Assembly: GCA_963827655.1 (NCBI GenBank) | Contig: CAWHCF010000026.1 | Span: 256,001-320,000 of the forward strand | Length of the DNA: 64,000 nucleotides | Reading direction: 5' to 3' | Source of the DNA: an uncultured Acidobacteriota bacterium | GTDB lineage: Bacteria; Acidobacteriota; UBA6911 | In this document: positions 33,358-42,943 of the stretch, piece by piece | Numbering within the stretch: position 1 is the first letter of the stretch | How the letters are laid out: each line of letters begins with the position of its first letter | Program-made: the position numbers and the translations under genes | Notes under the pieces: model-generated | Seen by the model: the letters and a program-made list of their open reading frames with translations, nothing else | Told to the model about the DNA's origin: nothing | The model's database searches: none

Positions 33358-33815
33358 GTCCTGCGTCAGGCTCTAGGTTCTACCCGGATTGCGGCTCAGA
33401 CACTTTCCGAATCCTCATGTGGCGACGGGCGATCAGCAAGCGTCGCCGAACCATGATCGGTAGGACTCTAGCCTAACACGCATCTTGTATTGGTCAGAAG
33501 ACAGTTTGCCAGCTGCCCTTCAAAGGGCGAAGGGATTGCAGCAAGGCCTGCGTAGCAGCGAGCGCTGAACCGACGGCCACGCAGCGCCCCTTAAGTGACA
33601 AATACAGATCCATGACCATGAGCTGCGCTTCGCTGCCACGGGGCTAATTTCCGTCGCCCCTCCGGGGCGAGATCGCGAGACCTGATGAGATGCGCGTAAC
33701 GCTAAGAGCAAGCTACCGCACTCCAAGAGCGCCCGCGTCTCAGGGCGGGCAGATTGAATCGGAAGAAACACGCAGGTATAATACTGCGCCACTATAGCTC
33801 GAATGGAGTTTCAGG

Positions 33816-34535
33816 ATGAATCGTTGCTGCCTCGCCTTGTACATTTGCCTGACGATCGGACCGGTTTCACTTCCGGCGCAGCAGAAGACCGCAACCATCG
33901 CATTCGATAGCCTGACGAAGGACTTCGGGTCGGTCGTCGAAGGACAGAATCTCAAGCACGTTTTCAAATTCAGCAATAAAGGGGGCGCTCTCCTTCAAAT
34001 AATCCGGGCTGAAGGTTCCTGAGGGTGCACTGCCACTTTGCTGTCAGCAAAGCAAATCGAACCGGGTAAGACGGGACAGCTTGAGGTAACGGTTCACACC
34101 GAAGGGATTACCTCCAAGGTAACCAAGACGGTAACAGTCACAACCAACGATCCTCGACAACCTCAGGTCATTCTTACTGTGATGGCGACGGTCCGGTCGG
34201 AGTTCACTCTTTCCGAAAACAGAATTTTCTTTGGAAATGTCCCGACAGGAAAAGAAGTTTCGAAAGAGATAGTGATAACCATCGTAGGCGAGCGTCCGCT
34301 CAAACTCTTGAGTGCTGTTTCCACCGATAACAACGTGCGAGTGAAACTCCAGCCTGTCCCCGGCTCAGGTAAAAGTTTCAAGCTGGTGAGCATCCGGAAA
34401 CTGGACGCGAAACCGGGCCATCATTCCGGAAGCATCGTGGTGAGAACTTCCAGTATCTACAAGCCTGAGCTGAAAATCCCCGTCAGTGGCATGATCGCCC
34501 CATTCCAATTGACGATTGATTCGATTTACGATTGA
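33816..34535 (+). CDS. Secreted DUF1573 (Ig-like) protein with in-frame TGA in the S-C-G-C motif (putative selenoprotein)
   Basis: Signal peptide, DFGSVVEGQNLKHVFKFSNKG..LLQI..AEGS-TGA(34020)-GCTA...IEPGKTGQLEV...KTVTVTTNDP; the two ORFs in the track share one frame. Confidence 0.88.
34036..34052 (+). promoter_or_regulatory. Candidate bacterial SECIS hairpin for the DUF1573 gene
   Basis: CTTTGCT[GTC]AGCAAAG perfect 7-bp stem; loop starts with GT 20 nt after the TGA. Confidence 0.65.
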
Positions 34536-34771
34536 CGATTTACGATTGACGATTGAAAAGTCACGGAAGAGAACGTGCGGTCTTGATTGAAGCGACAACC
34601 ATGGAAAGGAGTTCATCGGCTTCCTTCATCAGATCGGCAACCGGCAGCCGATATTCGATTTACGATTGACGATTGAAAAGTCACGGAAGAGAACGTGCGG
34701 TCTTGATCGAAGCGACAACCATGGAAAGGAGTTCATCGGCTTCCTTCATCAGATCGGCAACCGGCAGCCGA
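34509..34771. repeat. 7-mer array (KACGATT) plus a 120-bp-period tandem duplication
   Basis: 34536-34651 equals 34656-34771 except T34588/C34708. Confidence 0.9.
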
Positions 34772-35034
34772 CTCTTGTGTCTCATTTCGTCAAATAACTC
34801 CAGCCAGTAGAGCGATTCGTCGCACTCCTCCTCAACAATCTTCAACTTCGCAATGAAATCGGCGCGCGATCGAGCCCGACATGCAGAACGATAATTTGCT
34901 CCCACCGAGGTCCCTGCACGAACCAGTTGTCCTCCTATTACGTAAGATGCTCCTGAGTTCGGCAATCCTTCGACGAACTGAATGACTCTAATGGCAAATC
35001 TCTTGGTTCGCTTCCTGAACTCGTCAGCATTCAT
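34681..35034 (-). CDS. Four-helix-bundle protein (23S rRNA IVP / bAvd-like family)
   Basis: RTKRFA....QLVRAGTSVGANYRSACRARSRADFIAKLKIVEEECDESLYWLEL. Confidence 0.92.
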   Translation of the reverse strand: MNADEFRKRTKRFAIRVIQFVEGLPNSGASYVIGGQLVRAGTSVGANYRSACRARSRADFIAKLKIVEEECDESLYWLELFDEMRHKSRLPVADLMKEADELLSMVVASIKTARSLP

Positions 35035-35086
35035 CTACCTTCTAACAGTGTGCCTTGAACAATTGCCAACAAAATCTCGGCTTTTA

Positions 35087-35118
35087 AATCGTCAATCGTC
35101 AATCGTAAATCGTCAATC
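35087..35118. repeat. 7-mer array (AATCGTM)x4.5, inverted relative to 34509-34556 and 34656-34676
   Basis: aatcgtc aatcgtc aatcgta aatcgtc aatc. Confidence 0.9.
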
Positions 35119-35119
35119 C

Positions 35120-35602
35120 TTACATAAATGCTTTGATCAGTTCCGTCTGTATGACCTTCAGATTGTTGTGGGCATGGTCGAGTTCCGCAATCTTCGACTC
35201 CAGAGCGCGGATCAGGGCTCGTTTCTCGAGTCCGTTCTTGACTATCATGAGCAGAGCGTCGTTGTCCCAGGGCTTCTCGATGTACTGGTACAGGCCGACT
35301 TCGTTGATTGCTTTGATGGCGTTTTCCTTGTCGGCGTAGCCGGTCAGAAGCACTCGCACGGCTTGAGGCTGGACGTCCTTGAAGACTGTCAGAAAACGTA
35401 TGCCGTCCATTCCCGGCATCAAGTAATCAGTGATTACCAGGTCGATCGTATGGTTCTTGGCGTCCGCAAGAGCTTGTTCCGGAGAGATATGGACGACGAG
35501 ACGATAATCCGTTTGTAACCGGAAGAGGTTGCGCAACGAGGTCGTCACCATTTCCTCGTCGTCCAGGATGAGAACCGTAGGTCGGTAGTTTTGTTCAGCC
35601 AT
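35120..35602 (-). CDS. Response regulator (REC plus short coiled coil)
   Basis: LILDDE, ITDYLMPGMDG, LLTGY, YIEKPW. Confidence 0.92.
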   Translation of the reverse strand: MAEQNYRPTVLILDDEEMVTTSLRNLFRLQTDYRLVVHISPEQALADAKNHTIDLVITDYLMPGMDGIRFLTVFKDVQPQAVRVLLTGYADKENAIKAINEVGLYQYIEKPWDNDALLMIVKNGLEKRALIRALESKIAELDHAHNNLKVIQTELIKAFM

Positions 35603-37302
35603 TCGCCTTCCTTTCCGCGCCTTCCTGTATGGGGAGCACAATGGTGAACGTTGTGCCTCGGCCTGCTTCGCTTTCAAGCTCGATGCGCCCGCCGTGGTCC
35701 TGGATGATCTTCAGGCAAATGGACAGGCCAAGTCCAGTTCCCAGCCCCGCCTGCTTGGTGGTAAAGCCGGGGTCGAAGACCTTGGATTGGAATTCGGGCG
35801 GTATGCCCTTGCCGTTGTCGCTGATCGCTATGCGAACCGTTTCGTCTTCTTCCCAGGTCCGTATGCGGATCTCGCCCTCTCCCTCGATGGCCTGTGAGGC
35901 ATTCACCAGCATGTTCATGAAGACCTGGTTGAGCTGGTTAGGGTAACACTCGATCTCACGCACCGCGCCAAACTCCTTGACCACGTTTATCCGGCGCTTG
36001 AGCTCGTGGGCGACCAGCGTCAGAGTACTTTCGATTCCATCGTGAATATTGACCTTCTTTCGCTCTGCCTCGTCGAGACGAGCGAAGTTGCGAAGGCTCC
36101 GGACGATCTTCACGATGCGCTCGCAGGCCATGCGATTCGTCCGAATGGCATCGTCGACGATTTCGATAATACCTTCCAGCTCTTCGTTTGTGCCTTCCGG
36201 TTTCAGTTGCGACTTGAGGTAAGGCTGAACCTTCTGGAAGGTAAGGGCGAAAATGTCGTTATTGCTGTTAATACTGCCGAGCGGCGTGTTGATCTCATGA
36301 GCCACGCCGGCAACCAGGCTTCCAAGGGCCGCCATCTTTTCGGCTTGTAATAACTGCGCCTGCGACTCCAGAAGGAGCTTATGCTTTTCCGAAAATTTCC
36401 CTTCGAGCGAGCGGGTGTAGCTGGCCAGGTCCGCTTCCATCTTGCGCATCGTGGTCACGTCGCGGCAGATGCGGTGGATCAACTTCTGGCCGGCCGCCTC
36501 CAGGATCGAGCAGCTCACGCTCATGATGATTCGGTTCCCGTCCTTGGTCAGGAAGGGAAGGTCGCCGGTAACGCCACAGCCGCATCGCCTGCTCTACCAG
36601 GTCGGCAAATTCCTTGACCCGATCCATCTCGTCGGGCGGATACAGGTCCCGCTCGTTCATGCTGACGAGCTCCTCGAAGGTGTACCCGGTGATCCTCTCC
36701 GCTTGCAGGTTAGCGTCGAGGATTTCACCCGACGCGGCGTCAAGAGTGAAAATGGCATCGTTGGCAAGATTGAACAGTTCTCGATATCGCAGCTCGGTCT
36801 CGAGTAGCGCCTGGTTGCCTCGTTCGACGCGCTGTTCGAGAACGACGGCGTGTTTGAGCAGCATTTTTTCCGCTTCTTCCAGCCGGCGATTCTTATCTTC
36901 CAGCTCCTGCTGGTAGCGCAGATTCTCCTGCTCGAGCTGCCGTAGTTCGGTCGCGCGCCACACGGAGTTGCGCAGGTGAGCGACGTCGACGGGTTTCGTC
37001 AGGTAGTCCAGCGCCCCGTCGCGCAAGCTCTGGACCGCCAGGTCATGCGTGCTGTGGCCCGTGACAATGATGACGGGAGGCGATCCCGGGCGGCTCTTCA
37101 ATTCCCTCAGGAAAGACATGCCGTCCATCTCAGGCATGTTAAGGTCGCTGACAATGACGTCCGGATCAAAGGACTGTTGGGTTTCGAGGGCTTCGCGGCC
37201 ATTGGCAGCCAGCGCCACCTCGTATCCCAGGTCCTTCAGCGCCTCTCGCACAGTCTGGCGCGAGGCTTCATCATCATCGACAATCAGAACGCGATGAACC
37301 AT
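35595..37302 (-). CDS. Hybrid REC-PAS-histidine kinase (frameshift near 36580)
   Basis: REC (IVDDDE, DLNMPEMDG), PAS, H-box AHEINTPL, N/G boxes DNGKG, GTGLGL. Confidence 0.9.
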
Positions 37303-37303
37303 G

Positions 37304-37730
37304 CTACTGCTCTACCACGCTGGCCAGCCTGCGGAGTCGCTGTACCAGGTGCTTGAAAAGTCCCTCGACAATGTCCACGTGGTCGGAAAGGACTTCGTAG
37401 AAATCATCCCGCGAGACAAAAAGCAGGCGAGACTCTTCCACAGTCTTGGCAGTTGTCGAGACGAGGCCCGTCATCGAAGAGAGCCCACACGCCGAAAGAG
37501 GTATTGGGGCCCATGCGGTCGATTTCCTCCTGTCCCCGGTGCATTCCCACAGATCCTGAAACGACGACGTAGAGTCCATCCGGAGCATCATTCTCCTGGT
37601 ACAAGACGCGCGCGGGCTGGACCGTGACCTCCTCGGCGATCGCGGCGAAAAAGGAAAGTTGTTCGGAAGTAACATAGGAAAAAAGATCGATATTTTGCAA
37701 CAGCAGAACTTTCTCAATAACGGTCAACAT
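37304..37730 (-). CDS. Stand-alone cyclic-nucleotide-binding domain protein (frameshift near 37458)
   Basis: IEKVLLLQNIDLFS...LYVVVSGSV...FGVWALFDDGPR.TTA. Confidence 0.85.
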
Positions 37731-37837
37731 CGCTCATTACCAACAAAGCCGCGATTCTTAGCGTCTTTGCGGTTGGCACATCAAGACAAAAGCCCGCCGC
37801 AAGATACAGAGGCCCGATTGCTTGCCGGCGGGCTCGG

Positions 37838-40613
37838 TCACCGCTCACGGCTTTCGATGCATTTCAACGCCCACTCCGCTGTCTCGCGAATCAACGGATC
37901 AGAATCCGACGAAAGCTTGCGGCACATATCCGCCAGATCAGAAATGCGCTCATCGCCAATCTGATAGAGGGCGCAGACTTTCAACCACACATCAGGCTGC
38001 TCGAGAATCATCCTCAAAGCTTCCTTTCGCTCTCTTTTCTGGATGCCAAAGAGGCGCGACGCCCGATCGATAAGCCGTTCCGTCGAAGATTCCTCCAGCA
38101 AAGGAAGAATAATCGATTTCAGATTCTTGTGCAGCATGTTGTCCAGGAATTCAATCGCTGCGCTCCGGCGCTCGGCGCGAGCTCCCTTGAGCGCGTGGTA
38201 TGCGGAATACATGTCTTTCTGAGGATATTGCAGGCCCAGCAGCCGGAATATGATCTCGAGATTCTGGTCCAGTCGCTCTTTCAATGCGCGGCCCAACAAT
38301 CTCCGGCCGTTCTTTTTGCCATCGGGCGCAACGACCCATGGCGAGCGCCAGCGCTTCGTAATAAGCCTGGGTTTCGGCATAGATCCGCTCGGCGATTTTG
38401 GGACGCGGCTTGAGAAGTCCCGGGTTCGATTCGTGCAGTCGATTGAGCGCCTTTACTACGCGGTACTTCAGCAAAGGATCCCCAACTCCCAGGTTGCTTA
38501 TCAGAATCTCCACCGAGCCTTCGCTTGGAATACGAGCGAGAATCCAGGGAATTTCGTGACGCAGGGCCACGTTTCTCTGCGGGTCGCAAAGCGCGTCGCC
38601 CAGGGTCCCCGTGATTCGGGCGCCATACTGGACGAGGGTCTCTCGAGACGCGGCCCGCAGGCGACGATCGGCCAGCATTGACATGATCTCCGCGACAAGC
38701 TCCACGTGGCCGGCGGCGCCCGCCGCTCGCGCGGCTGCGGCCGCGACCTGGCGATCGGGGTCTTTCAGAAGATCTTTGAGCAGAGGAACCGATTCGGCGG
38801 CCGGCAGCCGGACGGCCAGACGCGCCGCGGCCTCACGGGCTTCGCTGGCTCGGTCGCCCTCGACGTTCAGCAGACTTTGGATGAGTTCAAGGGAGGGCCG
38901 GAAATCGCTGCGTTCTGCAGCGTAGTGTGCTGTCGCCACGCGGGTGTCGAGATTTTCGTGACGAAGGAGGTGCTCGAGCTCTGACGACGTCCTGGCCGGA
39001 TCCCGGGCGCACAGGTATTCTACGGCCGCCTGCCGCACCCCCGGGGAGCCGTCCGCTAACAGCCGCCGCGCCTCGGCCCTGAATTCACCTGGGAGCGCGA
39101 TCAGAGTCCGGGTCGCCTCCTCCCGGACAAAGGGCGAATCGTGATTGAGAAGCGGCAAGAGTTGTGGCGCGAAATCGACGCCGCGGACTGATTGCAGCAG
39201 CCGAAGAGCATAAAGGATTTGACGCTCGTGCGCGCTCTCCAGCGTTGCCACCAGCAAGCGCACCGAGGCCGGGTCCGTGACGAAGCGCGACAGCGTTTCC
39301 AGATCCATCTCTCGAAGCGCGAGCTGCTGGCGAAACGCTTCGACATAACTGTTGCGCAATCGCAGGGCGACTACCAGGCAAACCCCCGTGATGATCACAA
39401 CGGCAAGCGCGGTCCCGCGCAGGCCGAAATCAAAGGACTCCGCGGTGAATAAGAGTATGACGAATGCCGCCGCCGCGCGTCCGAAGCGGTCAATGAACAC
39501 GTCGATGAATAACTTGATCTTCTTTCGTACTTCCGGGGAGAGCGGCAGGTAAAGCAGCTCGAGCCCGGACCGGTTGATCGAGTAGCGGAAGACCGAGTTG
39601 AAACCGAGCGCCATGGTGGTGCTCCGAAGGGAGGGCGCCGTGAAGACGGCGATCGAGCTGAAGAATAGCCCTGCGGGCAAAAACAGGATCGACGCCCCAA
39701 TGCCGAGCCGGCTGACCACGAAACCGGTCAAGGTCAGCTGGAGCAGAATTCCGGCCAGGTTCGTGATCAGATTGAACCTGCCGCGAAAGCCCTTGATCTC
39801 CTGCGCCATTTCCGACTTGGGAAGATGCTGGAACGCTTGCTGGGTGGCGTAGTCTACCTGCCAGTCCGTGATCTGGGAGGCAATCATGGTCAGGAATATC
39901 AGGACCACCAGGAGGACGAGATGGCGCGAGCCAAATACCAGTTTGTAAAGGTCGTAAAAGCGTTCGCCCGACGCCGACGCCTCGAACCGGCGCGACTCGG
40001 TGATTTTCTCCGCTTCGGCCCGGCGGTGTAGCCAAACGAGATGGCTCACCAGGATGAGCCCGAGGCAAATGCCGACGCAGATCATCAGCATCGATTCCGA
40101 ATTCATGCGTTTGAGAAAATCCGAAAGAAAACTGCCGGCGCTGGCTCCCGCGATCGCCCCGGCCCCCAGCACACCATAGATTCGCTTCGCTTGCCGGCTG
40201 TCGTAGATGTATCCGGCCAGTAGCCAGAACTGCCCCACCGAGACCACCGAGACGATCTGGACATAGACAAAGTAGGCGTAAGGAAGTTGAGCGAGGTTCC
40301 GGCCGATTGCCCAGCGGAAGACGAAAAGCGATCCGATAATCGCGATGTTTGTGACCGTCAGCAGCTTGAGAGTGGAAAGCCGGCCGCTAAGCTTGAAAAC
40401 CAGCGTTACCAGCGGCCCCGCGATCAGGGCGGTCAATAGATACGCTTTGGGCAGATCGCTCGCGGGGAGTTCGCTGAGAAAGAGGGCGCTCCGCAGCGGC
40501 TTGAGGATGTAATAGAACGTCAAGACACCGAAAATGTACAAGAACATCAGCCCGGATACACCCCATTCTCCGGGTTTGATCGGAAGGGCCTGAGCTAATC
40601 GCTTTATCATCAA
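37838..40613 (-). CDS. Npt/TLC (NTT-like) MFS transporter fused to HEAT repeats (frameshift near 38345)
   Basis: YYILKPLRSALFL, QFW....YDSRQAKRIYG, ELLYLPL....K.K.FID; about 12 TM segments followed by HEAT repeats. Confidence 0.85.
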
Positions 40614-40649
40614 GTTCTAGCGTTTCGTCTTGGTGTCTTCGTGGTTGAT

Positions 40650-41240
40650 TTACTTCACTTCCTTTATGAATTCCTGCATTTCGAGAAAGAACTTTCGAAT
40701 TCGCACGGGGAAAAGGGGCGTTTGCTTCAGATCCCTGGGGACGTTGCTGATGGAGTCAACCACTTTGAGGCCCGAAATAACTTCGCCGATGATGGTGTAC
40801 TTGCCGTCGAAATAAGCCACTTCCTGCAAGCAGATGAAGAACTGGCTCCGGCTGGTAGAATCATCCTTCGGATGCGCCATCGACACTGTGCCGGGATGGT
40901 GCTTCAGATCATTCGTTTCAAGCGCCACGGGTTCGACGGTAACTTCGGCCTCGAGCGCCTCGGAACGAGTTTGAGGATCGCCTCCCTGGATCAGCAAGCC
41001 GGGAAGGACTCTGTGAAAGAGTATTCCATCGAAGAACTTCGCTCGAACCAGACTCTTGAATTTCTCCACGGTCTTCGGCGATTCCTGGGAAAAGAAGCGC
41101 AGGGTAATTCGTCCTATATTGGTATCGATAACGGCAACTTCCTCCCGAACCTTTTCTTTCTTGGTCCCGTAGGCCGTCGTGCCCGGAAAAACCATAGCCG
41201 AACCGGCAAGAACGAGCAATGTACTAACCCATTTTGTCAT
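40650..41240 (-). CDS. Exported cyclophilin-type peptidyl-prolyl isomerase
   Basis: FHRVLPGLLIQGGD, GTVSMAH, SQFFI, DGKYTIIG. Confidence 0.9.
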   Translation of the reverse strand: MTKWVSTLLVLAGSAMVFPGTTAYGTKKEKVREEVAVIDTNIGRITLRFFSQESPKTVEKFKSLVRAKFFDGILFHRVLPGLLIQGGDPQTRSEALEAEVTVEPVALETNDLKHHPGTVSMAHPKDDSTSRSQFFICLQEVAYFDGKYTIIGEVISGLKVVDSISNVPRDLKQTPLFPVRIRKFFLEMQEFIKEVK

Positions 41241-41275
41241 TGCCCCATCTCTTCCTATGCGCTAGATAAATTCCT

Positions 41276-42862
41276 GTGACGCACATTCGAAAGGTTTTTG
41301 GCGATTCATTGCCTCTCCCCGTCTTCCGGGCGAACGTATCAAAACCGGCAAGACACGAATGCGCGGTGGGTCGCGGCGCTCTCAGCCGTCGAACTGGCCC
41401 GGCCTGCTCGAAACTTTGCCTGCTCATTATAGCTTGCTTTCTCTATTTCATGGGAAGAGCCCCATTCATGGGCCAGTGGGATAGCTTCGACTATCTGAAA
41501 CAGATTGTCACTCATCAGTTTTCGGATTTGGGAATCGGACGCCCCGTTTTCATCGGATATAACATTATTCTCTGGGAGCTCGTGAGCAAAGTTTTCAGGC
41601 TTTCCGCGCTTGAGGTGGAGTCCGTAGTGGTCATCGAGATAGTTGTTCTCGGAGGCGCCGGAGTTTTGCTTTTCGATCGGCTGGCGCGCCGGATCCTGCC
41701 CGTTCGAGCCGCGCGGCTGGCGACCGTGGGCCTGCTTCTTTCGCCGGTTTATGCGCTCTACTCGGGTTACGTGATGACCGAGGTCCCCATGCTCGTGACG
41801 GCCATTGCCGCCGCGGCGATTCTCTGGGGAGCGGAGCCGGGCCCGCGCATTGGGCGCGAGGTGCTCGCCGGGCTGCTCTTTGGAATATCCGTCGGGATTC
41901 GAGAACAGGCCGTGACCCTGGCCGCGGCTTTCCTGTGGATACTCTGGGTGCGCCGTCTTGACTTCTCCTCCTGGGTACGCAGTTCACTGCGCTTCGGCGT
42001 CGCCTCCGTGCTGGTGATCGTGGCGCCTGCAGCTTTGTTCTATCTTTATGATCCTTCGAGATTCATGCAGCGAACCAGGGTCTGGCTCGGCATCCTTCCA
42101 ACGGGCGAAGTCCACTTCTGGGAAAACGTCCAGGCAAGCCTGCTCTACACATTCGCAGTTTGTCCAGCCGCCTGGCTGGCGCTGCTGAGCGCGGGAATCT
42201 GGTATTTGTGGCGCCGGCTCCGCCGGGCCCGGAGACCGCTGGCGGCAGGCGGCGGACCGCCCTCCGCCGGCGACGCAGCGGGGATTCCGTCCCCCCTGCT
42301 TGGGTTCATGTGCTGTCTGTTTATCCCCCTTGCGATTCTCTGGCGCGACGCCGACGTGCAGATACACCCTCGTTACTTGCTCGTCGTTCTACCGGCGTCG
42401 TTGATTCTTTGCGCCCGGCTCTATCACCGCTGGACGGGCACCACTCGGGCGGCCGTGCGATGGGCCGTCCTGCAGCTTGTTGTCTTCGGCATCGCCCAGG
42501 CCGGGATGCAGCCGCTGCGGCAGCTCCAGGCGGAAAAGCGGGACTATGCGCAAATGGTAAGGTCTCTGGTTCCTGGAGAGGCGCTGTTGATTGCGGGAGG
42601 CTATAGCCCTATCCTGGACTACTATCGAGGGCTGCGAGACCGGCCCGGTTGGCGAATTCTCTGGTCTGGCTGGATATGGGACAGGGATAAAGCCGCTGCC
42701 GAGATTGCGCAGTCGTGGGCGCGCAATGAGCCGGTTTATCTGTGCGACGGACCGGCTGCCTGGCTCTATTTTGAGGATCAACGGCTGGACCTGTATTACA
42801 TTTTGCGCGGCAGTCGAAGCGAGAAAGTAGCTCCTGGCCTGACTCGCGTCGAGCCAAGATGA
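41276..42862 (+). CDS. GT-C (PMT/ArnT-like) integral membrane glycosyltransferase
   Basis: WDSFDY after TM1, MTEVP, GIRE, many TM segments; start uncertain. Confidence 0.65.
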   Translation: MTHIRKVFGDSLPLPVFRANVSKPARHECAVGRGALSRRTGPACSKLCLLIIACFLYFMGRAPFMGQWDSFDYLKQIVTHQFSDLGIGRPVFIGYNIILWELVSKVFRLSALEVESVVVIEIVVLGGAGVLLFDRLARRILPVRAARLATVGLLLSPVYALYSGYVMTEVPMLVTAIAAAAILWGAEPGPRIGREVLAGLLFGISVGIREQAVTLAAAFLWILWVRRLDFSSWVRSSLRFGVASVLVIVAPAALFYLYDPSRFMQRTRVWLGILPTGEVHFWENVQASLLYTFAVCPAAWLALLSAGIWYLWRRLRRARRPLAAGGGPPSAGDAAGIPSPLLGFMCCLFIPLAILWRDADVQIHPRYLLVVLPASLILCARLYHRWTGTTRAAVRWAVLQLVVFGIAQAGMQPLRQLQAEKRDYAQMVRSLVPGEALLIAGGYSPILDYYRGLRDRPGWRILWSGWIWDRDKAAAEIAQSWARNEPVYLCDGPAAWLYFEDQRLDLYYILRGSRSEKVAPGLTRVEPR

Positions 42863-42943
42863 GCGTTTCTTGCGTCTTCGCGTCTTGGTGGTATTTGTTC
42901 TGCAGCTCTAACCACGAAGACACGAAGACACGAAGAACATTCG

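Noticed and set aside
7991-33477. GTTAGAC / GCCTAAC motifs (7991, 14637, 33471) as integron attC sites
   Set aside because: No paired RYYYAAC...GTTRRRY palindromes after the genes and no integrase
34509-34771. Repeats as a CRISPR array
   Set aside because: Intervening sequences are identical copies rather than unique spacers; no cas genes
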